This document shows positions 38,001-47,167 of a stretch of 64,000 nt of DNA, one piece after another (position 1 is the first letter of the stretch; each line of letters opens with the position of its first letter). The position numbers and the translations under genes are program-made. Source of the stretch: a virus. The notes beneath the pieces are model-generated. The model searched no databases. It saw nothing but the letters and a program-made list of their open reading frames with translations, and had not been told where the DNA came from. The stretch lies in the IMG/VR virus record IMGVR_UViG_3300043434_000693, positions 32,241 through 96,240 of that record. One strand, 5' to 3'.

Positions 38001-41000
38001 ATACTACAAAAACTGATTTTATTATTAGACAAAATCCAAGCCAGATTTATTTAAAACCATTAGGGTACAATTCTAATCCTTGGCCGATACTAGAAAAAGA
38101 AAATGTATTTTTAAGATCTTCTGGGTATGTTAGAACTGACGAAGTCTTACTTACTTTAAAAAGTATCGATGACATTGTTAATTACAATGTTGATGAATTT
38201 ACTGATGGCGATTATGTTTGGTGTACATTTGAATCTTTTAGATGGAATGTTTATAGATATACAAACATTAATTTAAATATAACCAATGTCATAGTAGCTA
38301 ATGGCCAAATGACTATCACCACAGATTCATTAGTTCAAATTAACGAAGGGTCGTACATTGGAATTGACCAAACTACTGATTTAAATGGATTCTATAAAGT
38401 TATTTCTGTAGAACTAAACACCGTTATAGTTTCGGCTCCTGACCTACAAGATCAAGAAGATTTTTCTGAGTATAATACTATTATTGTTTATAACTTTAAA
38501 TCTCAAAGAGCGATATCAATTAATACAATTAACGGAGTACTTCCGAGAAAATTAAAAGATTCTGAATTAGTGTGGACTGACGATGACGGGCAAGGGAGAA
38601 CATCGAGTTGGGTGTACTCACCTGTTTACACTGGTGACGAAATTGTTAATTTTGATCCGTTGCCGAACGGATATTATGGACGAGATATTAGTGTTAATAT
38701 TAGAGGTAATTTAATTGCAATCTCTACAGCAGCAGGTGAAGTTTTAATTTTCGATAAGGCGTCGTTAACAAGGCCGTGGACTCAACGACAAGTAATATTA
38801 CCTCCTTATCTTTGCAGCGACATTGAAGGCAACTCATTGAATCCGCTATCGTCTATTGCTAAAGTTGTTGCTATTTCGCCTGACGAACGTTGGTTAGCAA
38901 CCGGCTCTCCGGAAGTAGGTAATGTTGAAAGTAAATTTAACGGCGATTACAATCCAAATATTGAGTATTTAGAAGATGATATTGTAGTATTAGAGTTAAC
39001 CTATTATAGAGCATTAACCGATGTACCAAGATTTACTAGCCCGGACGCTAATACAAGTTTTTGGGAAAAAATTCCTTATATTCCTGTGGAGGATACCGGG
39101 TTTGCATCATCTCTTTATAACCAAGGTGTAATTTCTATATACGAAAAAGATATCAATAACATTTACACATTAGTTAATACTATTATTAGTCCCGTACCGT
39201 CAAACAACGAACAATTTGGATCGTCAATATCGTTTGGTAATAATGAATTATTTGTTACAGCTACAACTGAAAATAATGCCGGAAAAGTATATAATTTAGT
39301 TTATGCTGATACAGTACAAGTAACTGCGTTCTATAATCCAAACGGTAGTACAGGAACAACATTAAAAGTATCTAATACTGACAAGATTAAAGTTGGGATG
39401 AAACTGTCGGGTGTTGGATTTATCTCATCACAAACTGTAATTAATATTGTAGATGATACAACCCTATTAATTAGTAACAACCCAGATAGCCAACCGGACG
39501 GGATTATAGAATTTATAACAACTGGGTGGAAATATAATCGATCTTTTGAATTAGAAGGAACCGAAGAAAATAGTTATTTTGGAAAAGACGTAGTAATTAG
39601 TTCTGATTATTCGACATTGGTTATCACTTCTCCTAGCCAAGATGGAAGAGTGTTTGTTTATAAGAAATCTAATGGTGTTTATTCTTTAATACAAGAAATC
39701 ACTGGCTCAAGGGTACATCCGTATTTTGGTAGAGGCGTAGCAGTTTCTAATACCGGTGATTACATTGCAATTTCTGATGTAAAAGCGCAAGGAGAGTTTT
39801 TAGCAGAAGGGGTTGTTTACGTTTATAGTTACGATAGTACGCTTAACGAATACCAACAATATCAAAGAATTGCAAACAGAGCTCCAGAACCTTCGCAAGA
39901 CTTTGGAAATAAGTTATTTTTTGCTAACGATTCAAAGACATTAATCATCTTTAGTTCTAATGCAGATAGTGTTATACCTTTAACATTTGATTCTAATACT
40001 ACAACCTTTGATAATAATTCAACCGCATTTGTTACAAATTATATCGATAGTGGTAGAGTTGATGTTTACGATCGTTACGATGTTTTATGGGTATACAGCG
40101 AAAGCCTTAAAAATTCTAACGTTGAACGTGATAGCTATGGAGCTAGCATTGCGGTATGTGATAATAGCATATTCGTAGGAGCTCCATATGTATCAAATCA
40201 ATATTCAAACGAAGGAAAAGTTTATCAATATATCAAGACTCCGGGACAATACAGCTGGACAATTAATCATACAATTATAGATAAACCGGATGTTTATAAA
40301 ATTAAACAAGCATTTTTATATAACAAAAAGACGAATGATCTAATTACATATCTTGATGTAATTGATCCTTCTCAAGGAAAATACCCGGGAATTGCTGATC
40401 AAGAAATCAAGTACAAGTCATTTTATGATCCGGCTACTTATTCAACTGGTAACTCTCAAGTTAATGTTGACGAGGGTGTAGCATGGTCAACTGATCAAGT
40501 CGGTGCATTATGGTGGGATTTAAGAACAGTTAAATTTATCAATAGTTATGATAATGATATTGTATATAGAAATAGCAATTGGAATACTTTAGCAATAGGT
40601 GCATCGGTTGATATTTACGAATGGGTTGAAACTTCACTACTTCCATCAGAATGGGATGCTGACGCTGATACTGAAGTAGGATTATCTTTAGGTATTAGTG
40701 GTACTTCGTTGTACGGTGATACTGTTTATAGTTTAAGACGTCGATATGACAATATAAGTCGAACATTTAGAAATACCTATTATTATTGGGTAAAGAACAA
40801 AAAGACGATCCCGAATGTTATCGGAAGAAAGCTCGCTGCAAGTTCGGTTGCAAATTTAATCGCTAATCCGAGAGGAGAAGGGTATCAGTATCTTGCATTG
40901 ACTGGAAGCAACTCATTTAGTTTAGTTAATGTCAAGAATTTATTAAGTTCTACAGATGTTGTTCTTTCAGTTGAATACTGGACTGTTGATGCAAAAGAAC

Positions 41001-44000
41001 AAAATATACATTCTCAATGGAAATTAATTAGCAATAGCATATCGACGAATATACCGAACGAAGTTGAATCTAAATGGATTGATAGTTTATGCGGGAAAGA
41101 TATTGAAGGTCGAAAAGTTCCGGACCTAAGCATTCCGTTCAAACTAAGATACGGTATTGAAAACAGACCTATGCAAACTATGTTTGTTAACAGATTTGAA
41201 GCATTGAAACAACTAATTGAACAAGCAAACATTGTTTTAAAGAACAATATGATTGCTAAAATTCGAGATATCTCTTCATTAAAGTCATTTGATCCTGAAC
41301 CGAATATTATTAGAGGATTATATGATACTGTAAGAGATACTGAAAAAGAATTAAGATTTGAAGTATTAAATTTATATTCAAAGCCTGTACTAACTCCGAT
41401 TATTGTAGATGGAAGAGTGACCGGTGTTAACATTGTATCATCGGGAAGAGGATATGTAACTGCTCCGTATATCGAAGTTTATGGATCGGGTAAAGGAGCA
41501 AGTATTCGGTCTAAAATTGACTCCTTAGGCAGATTTATCGGATATGAGGTCATATCTTCAGGCCAGGGTTATGACGATAATACCGTTCTAACTGTAAGAA
41601 ATTATTCAGTATTAGTTCATAGCGATTCAGAAGCAGGAAATGTGTGGAGTATATACTCTTTTGATAAAGAAACTAGAACTTGGTCAAGATCAACATCTCA
41701 GACATATAATACAACAAAATATTGGAATTATATTGATTGGTATGCTACCGATGTTAATCAGTTTAGTATAATTAATCATGCAGTTGACACATATTCTGAT
41801 CTTGTTAATTTAGAAGATGAAATTGGAGAATTAATAAAAGTTCGGGTTGCTGATCAAGGTAATTGGACATTACTTAGAAAATATGCAGAATCGTCTTCAT
41901 ATGATTGGACACAATCGTATAAAGTTGTTGGTATACAAAACGGTACAATACAATTAAGTTCGACATTATATGAGTTTACTAATTCAGTTGTAGGGTACGA
42001 CGGATTGTTATACGACGGCGGAGTATTTGATAATGGCGCCTCAAATGAATTGAGAATTATACTTAATTCTTTAAAAGACAAAATTTTCGTAGACGATTTA
42101 AAATTAGATTATTTAAATCTATTCTTTACTAGTGTAAGATATGCGTTGAGCGAACAAGTATATGTAGATTGGATTTTTAAAACTAGTTTTGTCAAAGCTC
42201 AACATAATGTAGGACAATTACATCAAGCAGTAACGTATAAAAATGACAATCTTCAAAATTTTGAAGATTATATTTCCGAAGTTAAGCCTTATAGAACACA
42301 AATTAGAGAATACGTAAGTTCTTATCTTAACACCGATGTAACATCGACCGCAGTAACTGACTTTGACTTACCGCCTATCGATGACGAAAATATAATATCA
42401 GCGATAGTTACAAATGATGTATTCAACATCAGTAATCCAGAAGTTCAACAATACCCTTGGAAATTTTGGCTAGATAATGTAGGTTTCTCAGTAACAGCAA
42501 TTAAGATTATTGACGGCGGATCTGGATATATTAATCGTCCGGTAGTTAGAGTTGTTGGAAAGTGTAGTGAAACAGCAACAGTTTCTGCATTTATTACTAA
42601 TGGTAAATTAAGCAGAATTGTAATAATTAATCCTGGAAAAGGATATCTTTCAGCACCTACAATCTATATTGAAGGAGGGATATCTGCAGAGGGATCTCCG
42701 GCAAGGGCTGTTTCTATTATTGGAGACAGTTTAGTTAGAACTAACACGATAAAAATGAAATTTGATCGAATTTCAAATACTCCTTTAATTGCTCAGCTTG
42801 AAGAAACCGAAACTTTTATTAGTAACGGAAATGTTCAGTATGCATTAACTTGGGGCCCGGATATTAGAATAGGGTTATCTAGTGTTTCGATTGATGGAGT
42901 TGATGTACTACGTGATTTATACACATTAAAGACAACTAAAAATAAAGTTAATGGCGAAACAAAATATTTTGGAACAGTAACTTTTTCTGAAGCTCCGAAG
43001 AATGGAAGTACTATAATAGTAAAGTATAGGAAAGATTGGGACCTTTTATCTGCGGCAGATAGAATTCAATATTATTACACACCGGAATCTGGCGGGTTAG
43101 GCAACGATTTATCACAGTTAATGACTGGAGTAGATTATGGCGGAGTAATTGTCACTGGATTAGGTTTTGAATCAACTGGTGGATGGGGCTCATCGTTATA
43201 TTCATCAGAATCTTGGGATAATTATGATTCTGAGTTTGACGACTATATTGTTAAAGTTGCAGGAAACACTCATGATTTTACTTTACCGTATACACCTGAT
43301 CAAGGCACTAAATTAAATGTTTATTATGCAGAAAAAGAAATAACATCTTATGTGTCTGACGGCCAACAGACAGAATATGATTTTAACTTATATGCAGAAA
43401 CTCCGTCAGTGTCTATTAGTAAAATTGCTAGCATTGTTACACCGATAAATGTCTCTGCAAATATTGCCGGATCGAATTTGTTGTACATTGACGATACAAC
43501 AAATATACAAGTTGGTGATGTTGTTACAGACATGACTAATTTTGGTTCAGTAGGTAGAATATTAATAACCGGAACGAACAAGGATAGTAACTATATTACA
43601 GTTACAGAAACCACTAATCTTAAAGAAGATATGCCGATATATGTGCATGGTGCAAGTATTGGCGGTCTAGTTGAAGGTATGTATTATATTTTAACTATTG
43701 AAAATAACACAACAATAACCGTAAGCCAGACTACAGGTGGTTCAGTTTTTGATATTATAAAAACAGAAACTGGCATTCAAACAATTGTTTATGGTATCTT
43801 TAATTTCAATACAACGGTATTAGAAGTAGTTAGCACTAACATTGTAAAATTAAATCAACCTATATATTCAGATATTTCATTAGGAGATGAGGTTAAATTT
43901 TCGAGACAACTAGACAAATTCAATGGAATCAGCTCGTTCTCTCCGAAAAAAGTTGTTTTAACTCAACCGATACCGACAGGAATGACTATTGAAGTTGACG

Positions 44001-46507
44001 GCTATTTGCAAACTATAAGATTAGATGATCTTGATTATGGCACACCAGAACAGACTAATGATGATGCAATTATGGCAACAGTGATAGCAAATGGTACTTC
44101 GAATCAAGTGTCTATCCCTCTTACATTTACTATTAACAATGGCGATATTATTACTATTCGTAAAAGCACAAGTGACGGATCAAGGAATCCGGTCGAAAGT
44201 GAATATGATACTGCTCTTAGTGGCGGCGACTTAACATATTCTACTGCATTAGGTATAGCTGCTGATGATATTATTATCGATGGTGACGATTTTGTTACTG
44301 CTACAACAAGCCCTGCTACTGAAGAAGTAGTTCCGGGACAAGTAGTTGATGCAGTAGGGATTAAAGTATTTGATAGGGCATTAAATGTACAAGCTAATGT
44401 AAAAGTTGACAATTTTGTGTCAAACGGCACTCAACTTGATTATGTAATGTCGATACCAATGAATAGTAGTCAATCTACGATAGTAAAAGTTATCGATGGT
44501 AGTAGTCAGTTGATATTATCAATTAACGAAGATTATATAGCAGACATTCAAACTAATTCGATTAAATTCATTACTGCTCCTGCTTTAGGTAGCATTATTT
44601 CGATTTTTACATTTGGATATAACGGGTATGGAATTTTAGAACTTAATAGTATAATTTCTAACGGAGTTGACACGGTATTTGTGTCCGATGTAGCATATGA
44701 TTCAACTTTTAGTGGAATAGTATATGTAGATGGAACCCCAACGGATGCGTCGATATTTGATAACGGCGATTATCTTTCATTTAGAGTTTCTTCTCCGCCT
44801 GTAGAAGGATCGATTATAACTTATATCGTAACAAATGTTATCGAACAAACAGTTTCGATTACTAAGACACAGCGTATATTAGCAAATGGTTCCGATACCT
44901 ATACATTAACTAATATATCAGGTACATCATTGCCTATTGAAAATAGCATGTTAATTAGAATTAACGATTCTTTCTTAACAGGACCAAATAACAGTTACTT
45001 TGATATTAAAAGTAATAGATTAAATTATAGTTTAAATCAATCAAAGGTCCCTCCATATTCTGCTAGTATTTCTGATTTTATAGTGTATGCAGATGGAGAC
45101 GAATTAGTATTAGGGTTAGATTATACAGTAGATCTTTCTGGAGTTGTAATTAAAATTACACGAAATGTATACAACAAGTATTCTGGAAATGTATTAACAG
45201 TTACATTAAAGAATGGTTACACATATAGTGAGCCGGCAGGAATTCCAACTATTGTATTCGATCAAACATATAGTTCTCCTGATGTAATCGAAGTAATAAC
45301 TTCATATAACCACACATCATTAGATATGCATAGAACAACTGTTAAAGTAGCAGAAAATAAAGTTGAATACTTTAACGAAGCAGGAAATTATAGTAATGAA
45401 ATTATATTAGACAGAGCTGTGCTAAATGACAGCTATGTTTGGGTAACAAAAAATGGAAGCATTCTAACACCGAGTGTTGATTTTAAACTTAAAACTGATA
45501 GAAAAACTATTACATTATTGGAAGATAGAACATTAGCTGACAACTACGAAGTAATAACTTTTGGCAGTAATCTTGAATTCCAAACAATATCATATATGCA
45601 ATTTAAAGACATGTTGAATCGCGTTCATTATAAGAGATTGAATCAAAATAAAATTACTAAGTTAACTAAGGATCTTAAGTTTAGTGATACAACAATTGAA
45701 GTTGAAGATGCATCGATATTAGAATTGCCTCAGCCAGGAAAAAATAAACCCGGCATTATCGAAATTCGTGGAGAAAGAATAGAGTTCTTCAAAATTGAAG
45801 GAAATACGTTAGGTCAATTAAGAAGAAGCACGTTAGGAACAGGCTGCCCTACAGTTCATAAAACTGGTGCTATTGTTCAAGATATCGGGCCTAGTGAAAC
45901 ATTACCTTATCTAGACAAAACTGTAGTTTCACAACATGTTGCTGATGGCACACATTTTGTTGATATTAATTTTGTACCAGTTAAGGTAGCAGGTAATTGG
46001 GAATTTGATACATCATTTAATAGCACTATACCGCAGTTCTATGACCAATCTGATGAAATAGAAGTATTCGTTGGGGGATACAATGATAGTGTTGCATGGT
46101 CTTCGAGTACCCCTTATAAAGAAAATGATATTGTTAAGGTGGGATCTTACACATACAGATGTGCGGAAGATCATACAAGCAGTTCGTTATTCAAAGATGA
46201 CATGACAAAATGGAAATTCTTTGTCGGAAATATCAGATTAAAGAAAGCGCCGTACAAGATACATGATGTTAACAAACATCCATATAGTACAACTGGTGAT
46301 GTCCAATTTGATCCTGACTTTTCGGTAAATGGATACTCAAAGCAAATTCGATTAACGAATGTTTTAGATCCGGGAACACTAGTTACGGTAGTAAAAAGAA
46401 CAGGAGTAGAATGGGGCAGCTCGACAAACATAAGAGAAAATCCATCTAAAGTAGCAGAATTTATAAGATCTGTTCCAGGATCTTGGTATTCTATAATAAA
46501 ACAATAG
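32003..46507 (+). CDS. Giant multidomain baseplate wedge protein (gp7-like position), 4834 aa
   Basis: Follows gp6. Contains EVKPYRT.IR, G.GY..AP repeats, FG-GAP-like propeller repeats (QFGSSIS, YFGRGVAVS, IFVGAP), CBM5/12-like repeats and a cupredoxin-like LYRGQTYEF...HPF segment. Confidence 0.75.
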   Translation: MAENINPTGNNNLSQNFLPKNFRTDSNKKFLQATIEQLIKPGSVKKINGFVGRENAKSVIKSDVFVDAPSQERRNYQLEPSFTVNDTLDNVTFFKDYQDYIHQLSVFGGDVTNHSRLNSQEFYSWDPHIDWDKFVNFQNYYWLPNGPSEIKIYGQAENIISRYSVKVQNNGDNNVFVFTPNGLTQNPILTLYRGQTYEFDIKTDGHPFSIKTERQPVGYDLSGVPVEQGILTFTVPNNSPDVIYYQSSTDIDVGGVIHVLNVNENSSINVETEILGKKQYQTSSGIKLSNGMKVSFGGKVVPEEYSNKTFYVEGVGSAIQLVDETVLELVAQYSISESILFDSSPFDKQPFSEATSYAGTPDYIVINRASNDRNPWSRYNRWFHKDVIETSAAENNTIAELDQTYRAVRPIIEFEPNLKLENFGTISIDEIDLIDTYTTDAFSMIEGSFGYNVDGIDLVNGHKIIFTNDSDVLVKNKVFEVEMVDVIRATQTKKLTVPVTGTTMLGNTVIVSSTQNMEVGQPIRFSGIAFGNIIPDKTYYILGILNSTSITISGSVNGEILQQIDALGSMTAFSVYETTSRQIHLVEVVNPAYGHVALIHAGKENQGLSYWFNGSAWIKTQQKLTLNQPPKFDIFDSNGDSYSDEIAYPGTTFNGTEIFSYKVGTGTNDSILGFPLSYRTINNVGDIVFNFTLATDTMEYEEASVIKNKKISVGYLLRTVQLGQVEYVNGWQKNNLTRTQAAIRIYKDSQILNNFTLDIFDNLDDLDDLVVKAYVNGKRLSDELWYIATETTVDTLLPIRKIIILETDLSAEDVLSIKAYAKQPINSKGHYEIPINLQNNPLNGTINDFTLGEVIDHVSTIVDATELEFTGTYPGNGNLRDLGNATQYGTRFVQHSGPASLSLYHITSKTHNIVRAIEKSREDYNIFKKNFITVANSLGVDTDTVTHVDLILHEINKNKPTNAPYYFSDMVPFSAKQKTTFTVIDYRNIYYPLKTVFDLSKLSTNAVGVYLNDTQLLHGRDYTFNNQGFVVISATLKNDDKIVIYEYESTDGSFVPETPTKLGIWPKYEPKTYLDTSYVTPQIMIQGHDGSQVLAYGDYRDELILELEKRIYNNIKVEYNPDIYDINDVIPSYNRTTPYSLSEFNKVLSPSFYKWLGLIDRDFTKPLSYDENNSFTFNYRGQAAPNGTETPGYWRGIYRWLLDSDRPNVCPWEMLGFTEEPIWWTEVYGIAPYTSDNLILWNDIKDGIIREPNKPIIKNEKYAKPFIIDRIPVDNDGNLLSPRDSGLAIGIITGVVENDFVFGDVSPVESSWRRSSFYPFSVLIASILLTPSKTFGVLLDRSRIVRDLTGQLVYKDTNLRITPKDIQLPSIYSSDTRLQTSGIINYIVNYILSDNLKSYSQYKYDLTNIASCLSYRVGSFTSKEKFNLLLDSKNPTSSGSVFVPQENYKIIVNRSSPIKKIDYSGVIITKLSTGFEVKGYNRTSPFFTRYEYLPFSPGVTVNVGGISESYTTWAPRQQYAEQKIVFFNQKYYRVKTTHTAKDEFEPLYFTVLNSLPIIGGVSALFRRQWNKTFNSIVPYGTVFETVQDVVDFLLGYGEWLSDQGFEFDEFSGISETVKNWDSSAKEFMFWTTQKWSAGQDKWEEWDSNLVVRFGSIVRYNGDYYRAIRTVPPSATFDYDAYVKIDGLSSVGSSVISLSPAAAKITFDLNLTVVDDINDAFNGYEIFRVDGTPISSQFLNSYREDNSVSYIPSTEDGIYGASFFLVQDEHVVILDNTTMFNDVIYSPVTGYKQDRIKVAGYVSNSWNGSFNVPGFIFDQAKVNDWQSWTSYALGDIVKFKQFYYSSLTATAGSQTFNPSDWVKLDEKPTPSLLPNWSYKAAQFTDFYDLDSDNFDIGQQKMAQHLIGYQKRQYLENIIQNDVSEFKFYQGMITEKGTTNVLNKLFDVLSSDGQESIDFYEEWALRVGQYGASAAFETIEFNLDESLFKNNPQGFELVTVVDTTKTDFIIRQNPSQIYLKPLGYNSNPWPILEKENVFLRSSGYVRTDEVLLTLKSIDDIVNYNVDEFTDGDYVWCTFESFRWNVYRYTNINLNITNVIVANGQMTITTDSLVQINEGSYIGIDQTTDLNGFYKVISVELNTVIVSAPDLQDQEDFSEYNTIIVYNFKSQRAISINTINGVLPRKLKDSELVWTDDDGQGRTSSWVYSPVYTGDEIVNFDPLPNGYYGRDISVNIRGNLIAISTAAGEVLIFDKASLTRPWTQRQVILPPYLCSDIEGNSLNPLSSIAKVVAISPDERWLATGSPEVGNVESKFNGDYNPNIEYLEDDIVVLELTYYRALTDVPRFTSPDANTSFWEKIPYIPVEDTGFASSLYNQGVISIYEKDINNIYTLVNTIISPVPSNNEQFGSSISFGNNELFVTATTENNAGKVYNLVYADTVQVTAFYNPNGSTGTTLKVSNTDKIKVGMKLSGVGFISSQTVINIVDDTTLLISNNPDSQPDGIIEFITTGWKYNRSFELEGTEENSYFGKDVVISSDYSTLVITSPSQDGRVFVYKKSNGVYSLIQEITGSRVHPYFGRGVAVSNTGDYIAISDVKAQGEFLAEGVVYVYSYDSTLNEYQQYQRIANRAPEPSQDFGNKLFFANDSKTLIIFSSNADSVIPLTFDSNTTTFDNNSTAFVTNYIDSGRVDVYDRYDVLWVYSESLKNSNVERDSYGASIAVCDNSIFVGAPYVSNQYSNEGKVYQYIKTPGQYSWTINHTIIDKPDVYKIKQAFLYNKKTNDLITYLDVIDPSQGKYPGIADQEIKYKSFYDPATYSTGNSQVNVDEGVAWSTDQVGALWWDLRTVKFINSYDNDIVYRNSNWNTLAIGASVDIYEWVETSLLPSEWDADADTEVGLSLGISGTSLYGDTVYSLRRRYDNISRTFRNTYYYWVKNKKTIPNVIGRKLAASSVANLIANPRGEGYQYLALTGSNSFSLVNVKNLLSSTDVVLSVEYWTVDAKEQNIHSQWKLISNSISTNIPNEVESKWIDSLCGKDIEGRKVPDLSIPFKLRYGIENRPMQTMFVNRFEALKQLIEQANIVLKNNMIAKIRDISSLKSFDPEPNIIRGLYDTVRDTEKELRFEVLNLYSKPVLTPIIVDGRVTGVNIVSSGRGYVTAPYIEVYGSGKGASIRSKIDSLGRFIGYEVISSGQGYDDNTVLTVRNYSVLVHSDSEAGNVWSIYSFDKETRTWSRSTSQTYNTTKYWNYIDWYATDVNQFSIINHAVDTYSDLVNLEDEIGELIKVRVADQGNWTLLRKYAESSSYDWTQSYKVVGIQNGTIQLSSTLYEFTNSVVGYDGLLYDGGVFDNGASNELRIILNSLKDKIFVDDLKLDYLNLFFTSVRYALSEQVYVDWIFKTSFVKAQHNVGQLHQAVTYKNDNLQNFEDYISEVKPYRTQIREYVSSYLNTDVTSTAVTDFDLPPIDDENIISAIVTNDVFNISNPEVQQYPWKFWLDNVGFSVTAIKIIDGGSGYINRPVVRVVGKCSETATVSAFITNGKLSRIVIINPGKGYLSAPTIYIEGGISAEGSPARAVSIIGDSLVRTNTIKMKFDRISNTPLIAQLEETETFISNGNVQYALTWGPDIRIGLSSVSIDGVDVLRDLYTLKTTKNKVNGETKYFGTVTFSEAPKNGSTIIVKYRKDWDLLSAADRIQYYYTPESGGLGNDLSQLMTGVDYGGVIVTGLGFESTGGWGSSLYSSESWDNYDSEFDDYIVKVAGNTHDFTLPYTPDQGTKLNVYYAEKEITSYVSDGQQTEYDFNLYAETPSVSISKIASIVTPINVSANIAGSNLLYIDDTTNIQVGDVVTDMTNFGSVGRILITGTNKDSNYITVTETTNLKEDMPIYVHGASIGGLVEGMYYILTIENNTTITVSQTTGGSVFDIIKTETGIQTIVYGIFNFNTTVLEVVSTNIVKLNQPIYSDISLGDEVKFSRQLDKFNGISSFSPKKVVLTQPIPTGMTIEVDGYLQTIRLDDLDYGTPEQTNDDAIMATVIANGTSNQVSIPLTFTINNGDIITIRKSTSDGSRNPVESEYDTALSGGDLTYSTALGIAADDIIIDGDDFVTATTSPATEEVVPGQVVDAVGIKVFDRALNVQANVKVDNFVSNGTQLDYVMSIPMNSSQSTIVKVIDGSSQLILSINEDYIADIQTNSIKFITAPALGSIISIFTFGYNGYGILELNSIISNGVDTVFVSDVAYDSTFSGIVYVDGTPTDASIFDNGDYLSFRVSSPPVEGSIITYIVTNVIEQTVSITKTQRILANGSDTYTLTNISGTSLPIENSMLIRINDSFLTGPNNSYFDIKSNRLNYSLNQSKVPPYSASISDFIVYADGDELVLGLDYTVDLSGVVIKITRNVYNKYSGNVLTVTLKNGYTYSEPAGIPTIVFDQTYSSPDVIEVITSYNHTSLDMHRTTVKVAENKVEYFNEAGNYSNEIILDRAVLNDSYVWVTKNGSILTPSVDFKLKTDRKTITLLEDRTLADNYEVITFGSNLEFQTISYMQFKDMLNRVHYKRLNQNKITKLTKDLKFSDTTIEVEDASILELPQPGKNKPGIIEIRGERIEFFKIEGNTLGQLRRSTLGTGCPTVHKTGAIVQDIGPSETLPYLDKTVVSQHVADGTHFVDINFVPVKVAGNWEFDTSFNSTIPQFYDQSDEIEVFVGGYNDSVAWSSSTPYKENDIVKVGSYTYRCAEDHTSSSLFKDDMTKWKFFVGNIRLKKAPYKIHDVNKHPYSTTGDVQFDPDFSVNGYSKQIRLTNVLDPGTLVTVVKRTGVEWGSSTNIRENPSKVAEFIRSVPGSWYSIIKQ

Positions 46508-46531
46508 TTAAACTAGTACTTAATAACACTT

Positions 46532-46539
46532 GATAAATA
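46532..46539 (+). promoter_or_regulatory. Late promoter (GATAAATA)
   Basis: Intergenic box ending 21 nt before the 46561 ATG. Confidence 0.6.
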
Positions 46540-46560
46540 TAAAGATACAGAGAGAGCATT

Positions 46561-47166
46561 ATGAACTATAAAGACATAACAGGAGTTCACATCGAAGGGC
46601 ATATTAAAATTTATGACCCTGTTGAACAGATAGAATATGTTAACAAACGGAATGCAATTCATTATGAAAATATGAGCATTGCGTTAGCCCAAAGCATTAG
46701 CAATAGCGGTCAAGGATTTGTAAATCAAATGGTTTTTGGTAACGGAGGAACAACAATTGATCCTACCGGAATTATTACTTATTTGACTCCGAACAGTTCA
46801 GGATCTAATGCAAGTTTATATAATGAAACCTACTCTAAAGTAGTTGACGATCGATCGAGTAATACCGATCCAACTAGAAATTTTATTGAAACTCGACATG
46901 TTACAGGAACAAACTATACTGACATTTTTGTAACATGCTTACTAGATTATGGCGAACCTTCCGGGCAAAATGCATACGATACTACAAACAATAGTGAATC
47001 AGCATATGTCTTTGATGAATTAGGATTGAGATCATTTAGCTCAACCGGAACAGGATTATTGTTAACTCATGTAGTGTTCCATCCAGTACAAAAATCTCTT
47101 AATCGATTAATACAAATTGATTATACAGTTCGTATTCAAACATTAACTGGTTTAGTAGGAGTATAA
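46561..47166 (+). CDS. Baseplate/tail-associated structural protein
   Basis: 201 aa. Motifs GHIKIYD, MVFGNGG and FDELGL...LLTHVVFHPVQKS.NR.IQIDYT, resembling fibre-proximal/baseplate domains. Confidence 0.6.
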   Translation: MNYKDITGVHIEGHIKIYDPVEQIEYVNKRNAIHYENMSIALAQSISNSGQGFVNQMVFGNGGTTIDPTGIITYLTPNSSGSNASLYNETYSKVVDDRSSNTDPTRNFIETRHVTGTNYTDIFVTCLLDYGEPSGQNAYDTTNNSESAYVFDELGLRSFSSTGTGLLLTHVVFHPVQKSLNRLIQIDYTVRIQTLTGLVGV

Positions 47167-47167
47167 T

